A stretch of 64,000 nt of DNA from an uncultured Clostridia bacterium (GCA_947165425.1 CAMVAJ010000003.1:24824-88823); one strand, 5' to 3'; counted from the stretch's first letter, positions 20,832 to 30,655 are shown. Notes: generated from the letters alone by a model not told the origin. Numbers and translations are program-made.

Positions 20832-21871
20832 AACAGAACCGGCAGTTCCAGTTTGTCCTGTATCAGACAGCGTCCGAGAACGTATCCGTCAACGCATTGG
20901 TCAAAGACGAGACCTTATGGCTGACACAAAAGGCCATGGCGGAGCTGTTCGGCGTGCAGACACCCGCCATCAGCAAGCATTTGAAACATATTTTCCAAGA
21001 AGGGGAATTGCAGGAAAAAGTGGTTGTTTCCAAAATGGAAATACCCACTCCCCACGGAGCGCTTTCCGACAGAACGCAAGTGCACGAAACCACCCTGTAC
21101 AATCTCGATGCCATCATTTCGGTCGGCTATCGTGTCAACTCTCGCAGAGCCACTCAGTTTCGCATCTGGGCAACCGGAGTGCTGCGGGAATACATGCAAA
21201 AGGGATTTGTGTTAGATGATGAGCGCCTGAAGCAGGGACAGTCTATCTTTAATTCAGACTATTTCCGGGAACTGCTGGAACGGGTACGCTCAATCAGATC
21301 CAGCGAGCGCCGGATATGGCAGCAGGTGACGGATATTTTTGCCGAGTGCAGCATAGATTATGACAAGGATTCGGACATCACGCGGTCTTTCTACGCAATG
21401 ATCCAGAATAAGTTTCATTATGCCATCACACATGCGACGGCGGCAGAAATCATTTATGACGGGGCAGACCATAACGCGGCCCATATGGGCCTGACCACAT
21501 GGAAAAACGCGCCGGAGGGCCGCATTCTCCAATCGGATGTTGTCATAACGAAGAACTATCTCACGGCGCAGCAGATCCATCAGCTGGAGCGGGCGGTATC
21601 AGCTTACTTCGACTATATTGAGGGCTTGATTGAAAGAGAAAACACATTTACAATGGCGGAGTTTGCGGAGAGCGTAAACGCATTTCTGAGCTTTAACCGC
21701 TATGATATACTCCCGGACAGGGGCAGGGTAAGCCATGCTCAGGCGGTGGAAAAGGCGAAGGCTGAATACCTCATTTTTAATCCGACGCAGCGCATCGTTT
21801 CGGATTTTGACCTTGAAGTTCAGCGGCTCCTGGACGGAAACAGTGAGAAGGAGTCATCCAATACCAGATAA
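20828..21871 (+). CDS. RhuM-family virulence/DNA-binding protein
   Basis: VSVNALVKDETLWLTQKAMAELFGV....ISKHLKHIF.EGEL and VGYRVNS.RATQFRIWAT motifs typical of RhuM. It is visibly AT-richer than its flanks, with ATGA overlap to the upstream gene. Confidence 0.8.
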   Translation: MKQNRQFQFVLYQTASENVSVNALVKDETLWLTQKAMAELFGVQTPAISKHLKHIFQEGELQEKVVVSKMEIPTPHGALSDRTQVHETTLYNLDAIISVGYRVNSRRATQFRIWATGVLREYMQKGFVLDDERLKQGQSIFNSDYFRELLERVRSIRSSERRIWQQVTDIFAECSIDYDKDSDITRSFYAMIQNKFHYAITHATAAEIIYDGADHNAAHMGLTTWKNAPEGRILQSDVVITKNYLTAQQIHQLERAVSAYFDYIEGLIERENTFTMAEFAESVNAFLSFNRYDILPDRGRVSHAQAVEKAKAEYLIFNPTQRIVSDFDLEVQRLLDGNSEKESSNTR

Positions 21872-21900
21872 GTGAAGCGAAAAACGCAGAGCAAAAAGGA

Positions 21901-22836
21901 ATGAATGTTATGCAGATTCAGCATCCCAAGCCCCTTCTCCCCGGCGACACCGTCGCCATGGTGGGCGTGTCCGGCGCGGTCCACGACGATCACCCGCGGC
22001 AGACCGTGGACGAGGCCGCGCAGCTCCTGCGGGAGCTGGGCTTTCAGGTCCGGGTGGACGAGACCTGCGCGAAGCAGTTCGGCTTCCTCTCCGGCACGGA
22101 CGCGGAGCGGGCCGCCGCGCTCAACCGCGCCTTCGCGGATGAGTCCGTGGACGGCATCTGGTGCCTCAAGGGCGGCTACGGCGTGTGCCGGATGCTGCCG
22201 GGCATGGACTGGGCCAACGCCGCCGCCCACCCGAAGGCCTTCGTCGGCTTCTCGGACATCACGGCGCTGCACATGGCGCTGCACCAGCGGGCGGGCCTGG
22301 CCACCTTCCACGGGCCGATGCCCAACGGGGGCCGCATCTTCGAGGCCAGCCGCCCGAGTCTCCTGGCCGCCCTGGCGGGGGAGCCGGAGCGCGTGTGGCG
22401 CAACCTGAACGGCGAGCCGCTGCGGGCCCTGCGCCCCGGCGCGGCGGAGGGCGTCCTCGTCGGCGGCAACCTCTCGCTGCTGGCAGCGGGCTGCGGCACG
22501 CCCTACGACCTCGACACCGAGGGCAAGCTCCTCTTCATCGAGGAGGTGGGCGAGTACAGCTACCGGGTGGACGAGTTCCTCTGGCAGCTGCAGAACGCGG
22601 GGAAGCTGGACCGCTGCGCGGGGATCGTGCTCGGCGGCTTCACGAAATGCGAGGAGGAGTACGATCATGCCCACTGCTTCACGGTCGACGAGATCCTCGC
22701 GCAGATGGCGGAGCGGGTGCGGGTGCCGGTGCTGGCGGGCCTGCAGGCCGGCCACACCGGGGACCAGGGCACGCTCTGCTTCGGGCGGAGATACCGCCTC
22801 GACGCGGACCGGCGCGAGCTGACCATCATCGACTGA
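21901..22836 (+). CDS. ldcA: LD-carboxypeptidase (S66, muramoyltetrapeptide carboxypeptidase)
   Basis: Nucleophile motif GFSDITALH. Size and layout fit peptidase S66. Confidence 0.8.
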   Translation: MNVMQIQHPKPLLPGDTVAMVGVSGAVHDDHPRQTVDEAAQLLRELGFQVRVDETCAKQFGFLSGTDAERAAALNRAFADESVDGIWCLKGGYGVCRMLPGMDWANAAAHPKAFVGFSDITALHMALHQRAGLATFHGPMPNGGRIFEASRPSLLAALAGEPERVWRNLNGEPLRALRPGAAEGVLVGGNLSLLAAGCGTPYDLDTEGKLLFIEEVGEYSYRVDEFLWQLQNAGKLDRCAGIVLGGFTKCEEEYDHAHCFTVDEILAQMAERVRVPVLAGLQAGHTGDQGTLCFGRRYRLDADRRELTIID

Positions 22837-22855
22837 GTGACAAGGGGGCCTCTCC

Positions 22856-23665
22856 ATGCTGTATCGTCTCCAATCCTATCTGCAGATGCTCCGCACGGAC
22901 CCGCTGGGCTTCGTGGTCTATCTGGCCTACTATGTGGTCGTGCTGCTGCTGAGCCTGATCCTCCACGAGTGCGGTCACGCCTACGTGGCCTACCGCTGCG
23001 GCGACCCGACCGCGAAGATGCTCGGGCGGCTGACCCTCGACCCGCGCAAGCACCTGGACCCCATCGGCACGGTCATGATGCTGCTCTTCGGCTTCGGCTA
23101 CGCCAAGCCGGTGCCGATCAACCCGCGCAATTTCCGCAACTACCGGCGGGACGACTTCCTGGTCTCTATCGCGGGCATCACCGTGAATTTCTCCCTCTTC
23201 CTGCTCTGCCTGGCGCTGGCCGTGGGCGTGAACCGCTTCATGTGGACGGATACGGTCTATCAGCGCTTCGCGGACAGCCGCGCGATGGATCAGCTCCTCT
23301 CCCCCTACGCCGGCTCGATCCCCAGCTGGATCGCCTACGCGGGGGACGCGGAGACCTTCGCCGATTTCATGGCCAACCCCTGGCTAGTCTACGTCCAGCG
23401 CTTCCTGCTGCTGATGTGCACGATGAACCTGAGCCTGGCGGTGTTCAACTTCCTGCCCGTGCCGCCGCTGGACGGCTTCCACATCTTCAACGATATCCTG
23501 CTGAAGGGAAAGCTCCAGCTCAACGCCCAGACCTACCGGATCGCCATGCTCGTGCTGATGGGCCTGCTCTACGCCGGGGTTCTCTCCGACCTGCTCTACA
23601 CGGTGAACGAGGCGATCTACGGCGGCGTGCTGAAGCTGTTCCTGCTGATCACCGGCGCGGCGTGA
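22856..23665 (+). CDS. Site-2 protease family (M50) membrane metalloprotease
   Basis: HECGHA (HExxH) and NFLPVPPLDG motifs, multi-TM. Confidence 0.85.
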   Translation: MLYRLQSYLQMLRTDPLGFVVYLAYYVVVLLLSLILHECGHAYVAYRCGDPTAKMLGRLTLDPRKHLDPIGTVMMLLFGFGYAKPVPINPRNFRNYRRDDFLVSIAGITVNFSLFLLCLALAVGVNRFMWTDTVYQRFADSRAMDQLLSPYAGSIPSWIAYAGDAETFADFMANPWLVYVQRFLLLMCTMNLSLAVFNFLPVPPLDGFHIFNDILLKGKLQLNAQTYRIAMLVLMGLLYAGVLSDLLYTVNEAIYGGVLKLFLLITGAA

Positions 23666-23678
23666 GGATACAGACAAG

Positions 23679-24458
23679 ATGGCAATGACATTTCAGCTCA
23701 AGGACTTTGACGGCCCGCTGGATCTGCTGCTGCACCTGGTGACCAAGGCGCAGATCGACATCCGGGACATCTTCGTCAGCGAGATCACGGACCAGTACAT
23801 CGCCGCCGTGCGGAGCGCGCCGGACCTGGACATGGACGACGCCAGCGAGTTCCTGGTGATGGCGGCGACCCTCCTGGAGATCAAGAGCCGCGCGATGCTC
23901 CCCCGGCCCCCGGCCCCCGAGGAGGGGGAGGAGGACCCGGAGGCGGAGCTGATCCGACGCCTGGAGGAGTACAGGCGCTTCAAGGAGACCGCCGTCGCGA
24001 TGCAGGGCTTTGAGAACGCCGCGAAGGCCCTCTTCACCAAGCTCCCGGACGAATTCCCCCTGCCTCCGCCGGAGGTGGAGCTGGTGGGCCTGACGATGGA
24101 GGGCCTGACGGAGGCCCTGCGGCGGATCCTGGCCCGCAAGCCCTCGGCCGAGGAGCTGCAGGAGAAGAACCACTACGCCGCCCGGGACATCCGCCGCGAC
24201 GAGCACAGCGTCCGGGAGTGCATGGTCACGCTCCTGCATGGGCTGAAAAAGCAGGGGCAGCTCCGCTTCGAGGAGGCCTTCTCCGCCGCGCCGACGAAGG
24301 AGGAGGTCGTCACCCTCTTCCTGGCGCTGCTGGAGCTGATGCGCCTGGGACAGGCGGTGGTGGAGCAGGAGGACACCTACGGGGAGATCGTGCTCCGGCC
24401 CGGCAGCGGGCGCAGGGTGGACGCAAAGGAGACAAGCGATGACACAGATGAACCATGA
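23679..24458 (+). CDS. scpA: Segregation and condensation protein A
   Basis: F.GPLDLLLHLV......I.DI.VSEIT.QY start typical of ScpA. It is followed by scpB. Confidence 0.9.
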   Translation: MAMTFQLKDFDGPLDLLLHLVTKAQIDIRDIFVSEITDQYIAAVRSAPDLDMDDASEFLVMAATLLEIKSRAMLPRPPAPEEGEEDPEAELIRRLEEYRRFKETAVAMQGFENAAKALFTKLPDEFPLPPPEVELVGLTMEGLTEALRRILARKPSAEELQEKNHYAARDIRRDEHSVRECMVTLLHGLKKQGQLRFEEAFSAAPTKEEVVTLFLALLELMRLGQAVVEQEDTYGEIVLRPGSGRRVDAKETSDDTDEP

Positions 24459-25029
24459 AGCCGCCGAGCAGACCTACGAGGGGACGCTGACCGGGCGGAT
24501 CGAGGCCGTGCTCTACGTCGCGGGGGAGGCCGTGGCTATCCGCGACCTGGCCCGGGCGCTGGACGTGGACCGGCGGGAGCTGAACCAGGCCCTCAAGCAG
24601 CTGCGGGACGAGTACGACTTCCAGCAGCGGGGGCTGATGCTGCGCCTCTTCGGGGAGCACGCACAGCTGACCACGCGGCCCCTCTACGCCCAGGACGTGG
24701 TGCGCCTGCTGCAGCCGGTGCAGAAGCAATCCCTGAGCCAGGCGATGATGGAGACCCTCGCCGTCGTCGCCTACCGCCAGCCGGTGACCAAGGCCGAGAT
24801 CGAGCAGATCCGCGGCGTCCGCTGCGACTACTCGGTGCAGACCCTCTGCGCCAAGGGGATGATCGAGGAGGTGGGCCGCAAGGAGGCCCTGGGCCGCCCG
24901 ATCCTCTACGGCACCACCGACCAGTTTCTGAGCCACTTCGGCATCTCCTCCCTGGAGGAGCTGCCCCCCATGCCCGAGCCCGAGACCGGGGAGGAGCCCG
25001 TGGACGAGGGCGGGGAGCTGGTGCCGTGA
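24439..25029 (+). CDS. scpB: Segregation and condensation protein B
   Basis: IEAVLYVAGE, ETLAVVAYRQPVTKAEIE.IRGV and GRP..YGTT motifs. Confidence 0.9.
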   Translation: MTQMNHEAAEQTYEGTLTGRIEAVLYVAGEAVAIRDLARALDVDRRELNQALKQLRDEYDFQQRGLMLRLFGEHAQLTTRPLYAQDVVRLLQPVQKQSLSQAMMETLAVVAYRQPVTKAEIEQIRGVRCDYSVQTLCAKGMIEEVGRKEALGRPILYGTTDQFLSHFGISSLEELPPMPEPETGEEPVDEGGELVP

Positions 25030-25040
25030 AGCTTCTTTAA

Positions 25041-25237
25041 AGCCTCCCCTGAAAGGGGAGGGGGACCGCTTGCGGTGGAGAGGTTTCTTTACCCGGGCAG
25101 ACGGTGAAACGTGAAAAAACTTGTACTGCCGCCAACGGGAACCTCTCTGTCGCTGCGGCGACATCTCCCCTTTCAGGGGAGACTGGGCTAAGAGTTACCG
25201 AAAGCCGCAGCAGGCCGCTTGCGGTGGCGAGGTTCCA
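25041..25237 (+). repeat. Mosaic repeat, subfamily 1, right module + spacer + left module + degenerate right module (copy c)
   Basis: CCTCCCC-TGAAA-GGGGAGG (25043-25061) followed by GGGGACCGCTTGCGGTGGAGAGGTTTC. Then AACCTCTCTGTCGCTGCGGCGACATCTCCCC-TTTCA-GGGGAGAC (uninterrupted loop), linker GGGCTAAGAGTTACCGAAAGCC, and GCCGCTTGCGGTGGCGAGGTTCC. Confidence 0.9.
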
Positions 25238-25297
25238 TAGCATAATGGAATAGATAGCTGTATCAGAATCCAAATCAAAAAAAGGAGCGAAAGAAAA

Positions 25298-25639
25298 ATG
25301 TCCGACTGCCTGTTCTGCAAAATCATCGCGGGGGAGATCCCCTCGGCCAAGGCCTACGAGAACGACCAGGTCTACGCCTTCCGCGACATCGCGCCGATGG
25401 CCCCGACCCACGTGCTGGTGGTGCCGAAGAAGCACGTGCCCTCCCTGGCGGGGGCGGACGGCCTGACCGACGCGGAGCTGGCCGCCTGCCTGCGGGCCTG
25501 CGCCGCCGTGGCCGCGCAGGAGGGCCTTGAGGGCGGCTTCCGGGTCGTGTCCAACTGCGGCGACGACGCCTGCCAGAGCGTGAAGCATCTGCACTTCCAC
25601 GTCCTCGGCGGCCGAAAGATGACTGAGGGGATGGCCTGA
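25298..25639 (+). CDS. HIT-family (histidine triad) nucleotide hydrolase
   Basis: HLHFHVLGG histidine triad, 113 aa. Confidence 0.9.
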   Translation: MSDCLFCKIIAGEIPSAKAYENDQVYAFRDIAPMAPTHVLVVPKKHVPSLAGADGLTDAELAACLRACAAVAAQEGLEGGFRVVSNCGDDACQSVKHLHFHVLGGRKMTEGMA

Positions 25640-25736
25640 GGGGCCGCGAAGCCGGCCCCCCGCCGCCGCCCGCGGCGGGCGAGGGAAAAGGCTCATCGCC
25701 ATTTGTGCGATCCGGTGACAATTTCGACAGAATCAG

Positions 25737-25765
25737 ACCAGAGCGGAAATCCGCTCTGGTTTTTA
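25737..25765 (+). terminator. Intrinsic terminator
   Basis: ACCAGAGCGG-AAAT-CCGCTCTGGT hairpin followed by TTTTT. Confidence 0.8.
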
Positions 25766-25777
25766 TTGACAGGCCTA

Positions 25778-25806
25778 TTGACAGGGCCCGCGGTTTGTGG
25801 TTTAAT
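25778..25806 (+). promoter_or_regulatory. Promoter of the XRE-cupin regulator / pot operon
   Basis: TTGACA (25778-25783; a second TTGACA lies 12 nt upstream), 17-nt spacer ending in TGTGG, then TTTAAT. Confidence 0.5.
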
Positions 25807-25821
25807 AAACCGCGCCCTGAA

Positions 25822-25873
25822 GTTTAGCTTTTCTAAACCTGGCTATGTCACCGGCTGTTTAGGAAAACTAAAC
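25822..25873. promoter_or_regulatory. Two copies of the inverted repeat GTTTAG-N5-CTAAAC (candidate operators)
   Basis: GTTTAGCTTTTCTAAAC (25822-25838) and GTTTAGGAAAACTAAAC (25857-25873). Centres are 35 bp apart, between the promoter and the regulator start codon. Confidence 0.6.
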
Positions 25874-25907
25874 AAAGGCGTCAGATTGCGGGAGGGGAGG
25901 AATCACC

Positions 25908-26450
25908 ATGGATATCGGCGAGAAGCTCCGGCAGCTGCGGCAGCAGCGGGGCCTGACCCAGGAGGAGCTGGCGGACCGGTGCGAGCTGAGTAAGGGCTTC
26001 ATCTCCCAGGTGGAGCGGAACCTGGCCTCCCCCTCCATCGCCACGCTGACGGATATGCTGGAGTGCCTGGGCGTGAGCCTGGCCGCCTTTTTCTCGGACA
26101 AGGACGGGGAGAAGACCGTCTTCGCGCCGCAGGATCTCTTTGTCAAGGAGGACACGGAGACTCTCCACGGCTCGGTGACCTGGCTGGTGCCCAACGCGCA
26201 GAAGAACGACATGGAGCCGATCCTCGTGGAGCTGGGGGAGGGCGGCGAGAGCTGGCCCGTGCCGCCCGGCGAGGGCGAGGAGTTCGGCTATGTCCTCTCC
26301 GGCAGCGTGTACCTCGTGGTAGGGGAGAAGAAGACCCGGGTCAAGCCCGGCGGCTCCTTCTGCATCCATCCCAGGGAGACCCATTACCTGAAAAACGCGG
26401 GCAGGACAAAGGCCAGAGTCATCTGGGTCTGCACCCCGCCGAGCTTTTGA
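25908..26450 (+). CDS. XRE-family HTH regulator with C-terminal cupin domain (PuuR-like)
   Basis: HTH LRQLRQQRGLTQEELADRCELSKGFISQVERN plus a cupin-type C-terminal half. It lies directly upstream of potABCD. Confidence 0.85.
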   Translation: MDIGEKLRQLRQQRGLTQEELADRCELSKGFISQVERNLASPSIATLTDMLECLGVSLAAFFSDKDGEKTVFAPQDLFVKEDTETLHGSVTWLVPNAQKNDMEPILVELGEGGESWPVPPGEGEEFGYVLSGSVYLVVGEKKTRVKPGGSFCIHPRETHYLKNAGRTKARVIWVCTPPSF

Positions 26451-26492
26451 CGGGCGAAACGGAAGACAAAAAACAGACCGGAGGGCTGGACC

Positions 26493-27572
26493 ATGGTGGA
26501 AAATGAGCATCTGATCGACCTGAAGCACATCAGCAAGGAATACGACGGCGTCAAGGTCCTGGACGACATCAACCTCTACATCCGCAAGAAGGAGTTCGTG
26601 ACCCTGCTGGGGCCCTCCGGATGCGGCAAGACCACGACGCTGCGCATCATCGGCGGCTTCGAGACCCCCTCCTCCGGAGAGGTTTTCTTCGAGGGCCAGG
26701 AGATCTCCGCCCTCCCGCCCTACAAGCGGCGGGTGAACACGGTGTTCCAGAAGTACGCCCTCTTCCCCCATCTGAACGTCCACGACAACATCGCCTTCGG
26801 CCTGAAGCTGAAGAAGATGGACCGCAAGGAGATCGACCGGCGGGTGGACTACATGCTGGAGCTGGTGAACCTCAAGGGCTACGGCAAGCGCCGGACGGAC
26901 GCCCTCTCCGGCGGCCAGCAGCAGCGCGTCGCCATCGCCCGCTCCCTGGTCAACGAGCCGGAGGTCCTCCTGCTGGACGAGCCCCTGGGCGCCCTGGACC
27001 TGAAGCTGCGCAAGGAGATGCAGCTGGAGCTCAAGCGCATGCAGCAGCGGCTGGGCATCACCTTCCTCTACGTCACCCACGACCAGGAGGAGGCCCTGAC
27101 CATGTCGGACACCATCGTCGTGATGCGGGAGGGCAAGATCCTGCAGATCGGCGATCCGAAGCACATCTACGACGAGCCGGCCAACGCCTTCGTCGCGGAC
27201 TTCATCGGCGAGAGCAACATCCTGCGGGGCACCATGATCCACGACGAGCTGGTGCGCTTCGCGGAACAGGACTTCCCGTGCGTGGACTTCGGCTTTGGCG
27301 AGAACGCCCCGGTGGACGTGGTGATCCGGCCCGAGGACGTGATGCTCGTGGGCGAGGACGTGGGCCAGCTGACGGGCACGATCCAGTCTGTGCTCTTCAA
27401 GGGTGTCCACTACGAGATGATGATTGACACCGGCGCCTACACCTTCAAGGTGCACTCCACCACCATGCAGCCCCAGGGCAGCCGGGTGGGCCTGTCCATC
27501 GTCCCCTTCAACATCCACATCATGAAGCCCATGGAGGGCTTCCGGAAGGAGGAGGAGACCGGTGAGGTATGA
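26493..27572 (+). CDS. potA: Spermidine/putrescine ABC transporter ATP-binding protein
   Basis: Walker [10 protein letters not shown], signature LSGGQQQRV, Walker B LLLDEP, and a C-terminal TOBE-like region. Confidence 0.9.
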   Translation: MVENEHLIDLKHISKEYDGVKVLDDINLYIRKKEFVTLLGPSGCGKTTTLRIIGGFETPSSGEVFFEGQEISALPPYKRRVNTVFQKYALFPHLNVHDNIAFGLKLKKMDRKEIDRRVDYMLELVNLKGYGKRRTDALSGGQQQRVAIARSLVNEPEVLLLDEPLGALDLKLRKEMQLELKRMQQRLGITFLYVTHDQEEALTMSDTIVVMREGKILQIGDPKHIYDEPANAFVADFIGESNILRGTMIHDELVRFAEQDFPCVDFGFGENAPVDVVIRPEDVMLVGEDVGQLTGTIQSVLFKGVHYEMMIDTGAYTFKVHSTTMQPQGSRVGLSIVPFNIHIMKPMEGFRKEEETGEV

Positions 27573-28545
27573 CGTAACCCTCCCCTGGTGGGCGTGGGTG
27601 CTGATGGGCCTGGGCCTCGCGGCCTTCGCGGCCATGGTCGTGGTCTCCGTGCGGCGGAACCGGGGCGTCAAGCGCTCCCTGTTCGCGGCCCCCTACACGC
27701 TGTGGATGATCATCTTCACGATCGTGCCGCTGATCATCATCGTCTACTACGCCCTGACGGACGCCAGCGGGAACTTCACCCTGAACAACCTGCGGGACTT
27801 CTGGGACTCCAACTACAGCCGGCGGGCCGGCGCGTCCTCCCCGGCGATCCAGGCGCGCCTGGCGGCCCGGGGCATGAGCAACATGGAGCCGCTCCTGTAC
27901 TCGCTGTGGATGGCCTTCCTGTGCACGGTGATCTGCCTGGTGCTGGCCTACCCCACCGCCCTGTTCATGGCGGACCGGCGGATGAAGCGGGCCTCCAGCC
28001 TGGTGATCCTCTTCGTGGTGCCCATGTGGATGAACGTCACCCTGCGCACCTACGCCATGCGCATCCTGATGGTGGACGACGGGCCGCTGATCAACTTCCT
28101 GCGGCTGATCGGCTTCGCCGACGCGCAGCTGATGGACACCCCCACGGCGGTGCTCATCGGCATGGTCTACAACTTCCTCCCCTTCATGATCTTCCCGATC
28201 TACACGGTGCTCTCCAAGCTGGATCCCGCCCTGCTGGAGGCCTCCTCCGACCTGGGGGCCAGCCCCGGCCGGAGCCTGATCAAGGTCACGATGCCCCTGT
28301 CCATCCCCGGGGTGGTCTCCGGCATCACGATGGTCTTCATGCCCGCGGTGACCACCTTCACGCTGAACGTGATGCTGGGCGGCTCCAAGCGGCTGATGCT
28401 GGGCAACCTGATCGAGCAGACCTTCACCAAGCAGAACAACTGGAACATGGGCAGCGCCATGTCCCTGGTGATGATGGTGCTGATCCTCATCAGCCTGACG
28501 ATCCTGCGCAAGGCGGATCCCAACAATGAGGGGGGTGGCCTCTGA
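27562..28545 (+). CDS. potB: Spermidine/putrescine ABC transporter permease
   Basis: Multi-TM with EAA loop [24 protein letters not shown] start overlaps the potA end. Confidence 0.85.
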   Translation: MRYDVTLPWWAWVLMGLGLAAFAAMVVVSVRRNRGVKRSLFAAPYTLWMIIFTIVPLIIIVYYALTDASGNFTLNNLRDFWDSNYSRRAGASSPAIQARLAARGMSNMEPLLYSLWMAFLCTVICLVLAYPTALFMADRRMKRASSLVILFVVPMWMNVTLRTYAMRILMVDDGPLINFLRLIGFADAQLMDTPTAVLIGMVYNFLPFMIFPIYTVLSKLDPALLEASSDLGASPGRSLIKVTMPLSIPGVVSGITMVFMPAVTTFTLNVMLGGSKRLMLGNLIEQTFTKQNNWNMGSAMSLVMMVLILISLTILRKADPNNEGGGL

Positions 28546-29336
28546 TGACCAAGACGTCCCGCCTGTTCAAGTGGATCTATCTGATCATCATCCTCCTGTT
28601 CCTCTATCTGCCCATCGCGGTGATGATGATCCAGTCCTTCAACAGCGGCCTGAGCATCTCCAAGTGGGAGGGCTTCACCTTCCGCTGGTATGAAAACCTC
28701 TTCAGCGGCAAGGAGAAGAGCATCGTCTCCGCCCTGCAGGTCACCCTCTCCGTGGCGGTGATCGCCACGGTGGTCTCCACCGTCCTGGGGACCCTGGGCG
28801 CCATCGGCATCTACGGCATGAAGAAGCGCACCCAGTCCGTGATGATGACGCTGACGAACCTGCCCAACACGATGCCGGACATCGTCACCGGCGTCTCGCT
28901 GATGCTGCTGTTCATCTTCGTCGCCGGGGGCGGGAGCCGGGGCTACTTCACGATGCTCCTGGCCCACATCACCTTCGACACGCCCTATGTGATCCTGTCG
29001 GTGCTGCCCAAGCTCAAGCAGATGAACTCTCACACCTACGAGGCCGCCCTGGACCTGGGGGCCACCCCGGGCTACGCTCTGCGCCACGTGATCATCCCCG
29101 AGTGCCGGCAGGGCATCGTCACCGGCGCGATGCTGGCCTTCACCCTGTCCATCGACGACTTCACCATCTCCTACTTCACCGCGGGCTCCAAGGTGCAGAA
29201 CCTGTCGATGCTGATCTACTCCGCCGCCCGGCGGCACGTGGACGGCACCTTCTACGCCGTCTCCACCGCCATGTTCGTGGTGCTGCTGATCCTGCTGCTG
29301 GCGGTGAACAAGCACACCGTCTCCGCCGACAGCTGA
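28545..29336 (+). CDS. potC: Spermidine/putrescine ABC transporter permease
   Basis: Multi-TM with EAA loop EAALDLGATPGYALRHVIIPE. Confidence 0.85.
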   Translation: MTKTSRLFKWIYLIIILLFLYLPIAVMMIQSFNSGLSISKWEGFTFRWYENLFSGKEKSIVSALQVTLSVAVIATVVSTVLGTLGAIGIYGMKKRTQSVMMTLTNLPNTMPDIVTGVSLMLLFIFVAGGGSRGYFTMLLAHITFDTPYVILSVLPKLKQMNSHTYEAALDLGATPGYALRHVIIPECRQGIVTGAMLAFTLSIDDFTISYFTAGSKVQNLSMLIYSAARRHVDGTFYAVSTAMFVVLLILLLAVNKHTVSADS

Positions 29337-29415
29337 GCGGCCTTTTCCCATTGTGGCCCCGGGGGAGGATCCCCCTGCAATAAACACGGAAACAACAAGT
29401 ACGGAGGTATGTCCC

Positions 29416-30462
29416 ATGAAAAAGCTGATGCTGATCCTGCTGGCGCTGTGCTTCTGCGTTCCCAGCCTGTCCGCGGCGGAGGGCAAGAAAGTGCTCTACG
29501 TCTGCAATTACTACGACTACATCGACGAGAGCGTGCTGGAGCTGTTTGAGCAGGAGACCGGCATTCACGTGGAATATATCTACACCATGGACAACGAGTC
29601 CCTCCTGCAGGAGCTGGAGATCAGCCCCGCGGCCTTCGACGTGATCTTCCCCTCCGACTACATGGTGGAGCGGATCATCGCCAAGGACATGGCGGCGGAG
29701 CTGGACTTCTCCCGCATCCCCAACGCGGAGTACACCCTGGAGTACCTGCGCAACCCCGCCTATGACCCCGAGAACAAGTACTCCGTGCCCTATATGTGGG
29801 GCACCCTGGGCATCCTCTACAACAAGGACATGGTGACCGGCCCCGTCACCAGCTGGGCGGACCTGTGGGATCCCCAGTACGCCAACAACGTGATCATGAT
29901 GGACTCCCTGCGGGACACCATGGGCATCGGCCTGAAGGTGCTGGGCTACAGCATGAGCTCCACGGATGAGGAGGAGCTCTTCGCGGCGGCGGATAAGCTC
30001 ATCGAGCAGAAGCAGCTGGGCATCGTCCGCGCCTACCAGCTGGACGAGACCAAGGACCGCATGATCGGCGGCGAGGCCGCCCTGGCCGTGGTCTACTCCG
30101 GCGACGCCTGGGTGGCCGCCGAGAGCAACGACAAGCTGGACTATGTCATCCCCCAGGAGGGCAGCAACGTCTGGGTGGACAACATGATGATTCCCAAGCA
30201 GGCCCCCCACTATGACCTGGCCCTGGAGTTCATCAACTTCATGTGCCGCCCCGACATCGCCCAGATGAACAGCGAGGAGATCGGCTACTCCTCCCCCAAC
30301 AGCGGCGCGATCGAGCTCATGGGCGAGGAGTACAGCGGCAACCACATCCAGAACCCCGCCGGCGAGGACGTGGACCGCTGCGAGATCTACCACGACATCC
30401 CCGCGGAGCTCCTGGACTCCCTCTACAACCCTCTCTGGAACGATGTGATGAACGCCCGCTGA
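29416..30462 (+). CDS. potD: Spermidine/putrescine-binding extracellular solute-binding protein
   Basis: GGAGG RBS upstream of ATG 29416, signal peptide MKKLMLILLALCFCVPSLSAA, PotD/PotF-type SBP layout, last gene of the pot operon. Confidence 0.85.
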   Translation: MKKLMLILLALCFCVPSLSAAEGKKVLYVCNYYDYIDESVLELFEQETGIHVEYIYTMDNESLLQELEISPAAFDVIFPSDYMVERIIAKDMAAELDFSRIPNAEYTLEYLRNPAYDPENKYSVPYMWGTLGILYNKDMVTGPVTSWADLWDPQYANNVIMMDSLRDTMGIGLKVLGYSMSSTDEEELFAAADKLIEQKQLGIVRAYQLDETKDRMIGGEAALAVVYSGDAWVAAESNDKLDYVIPQEGSNVWVDNMMIPKQAPHYDLALEFINFMCRPDIAQMNSEEIGYSSPNSGAIELMGEEYSGNHIQNPAGEDVDRCEIYHDIPAELLDSLYNPLWNDVMNAR

Positions 30463-30481
30463 GACGCGGCGCGACGCCTTT

Positions 30482-30507
30482 CTCCCCCGCCGCGGCGGGG
30501 GAGTTTT
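30482..30507 (+). terminator. Intrinsic terminator of the pot operon
   Basis: CTCCCCCGC-CGCG-GCGGGGGAG hairpin followed by TTTT. Confidence 0.8.
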
Positions 30508-30626
30508 CCTTCGCCGCGGGTTTTCGTCTGATTTTCGAGCGGACGAAAAGGGAAAAATCGTCCGAAAAACGGACGCAAAATCAGTCGCAAAATTTTGCGC
30601 TTGATTTTTCGACCGTTTTTCTCCGT

Positions 30627-30655
30627 TTGACTTTCCCATTTCCGGATGCTATCAT
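30627..30655 (+). promoter_or_regulatory. Promoter of cinA-recO-rlmH
   Basis: TTGACT, 17-nt spacer, TATCAT, about 55 nt upstream of the cinA ATG. Confidence 0.55.
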
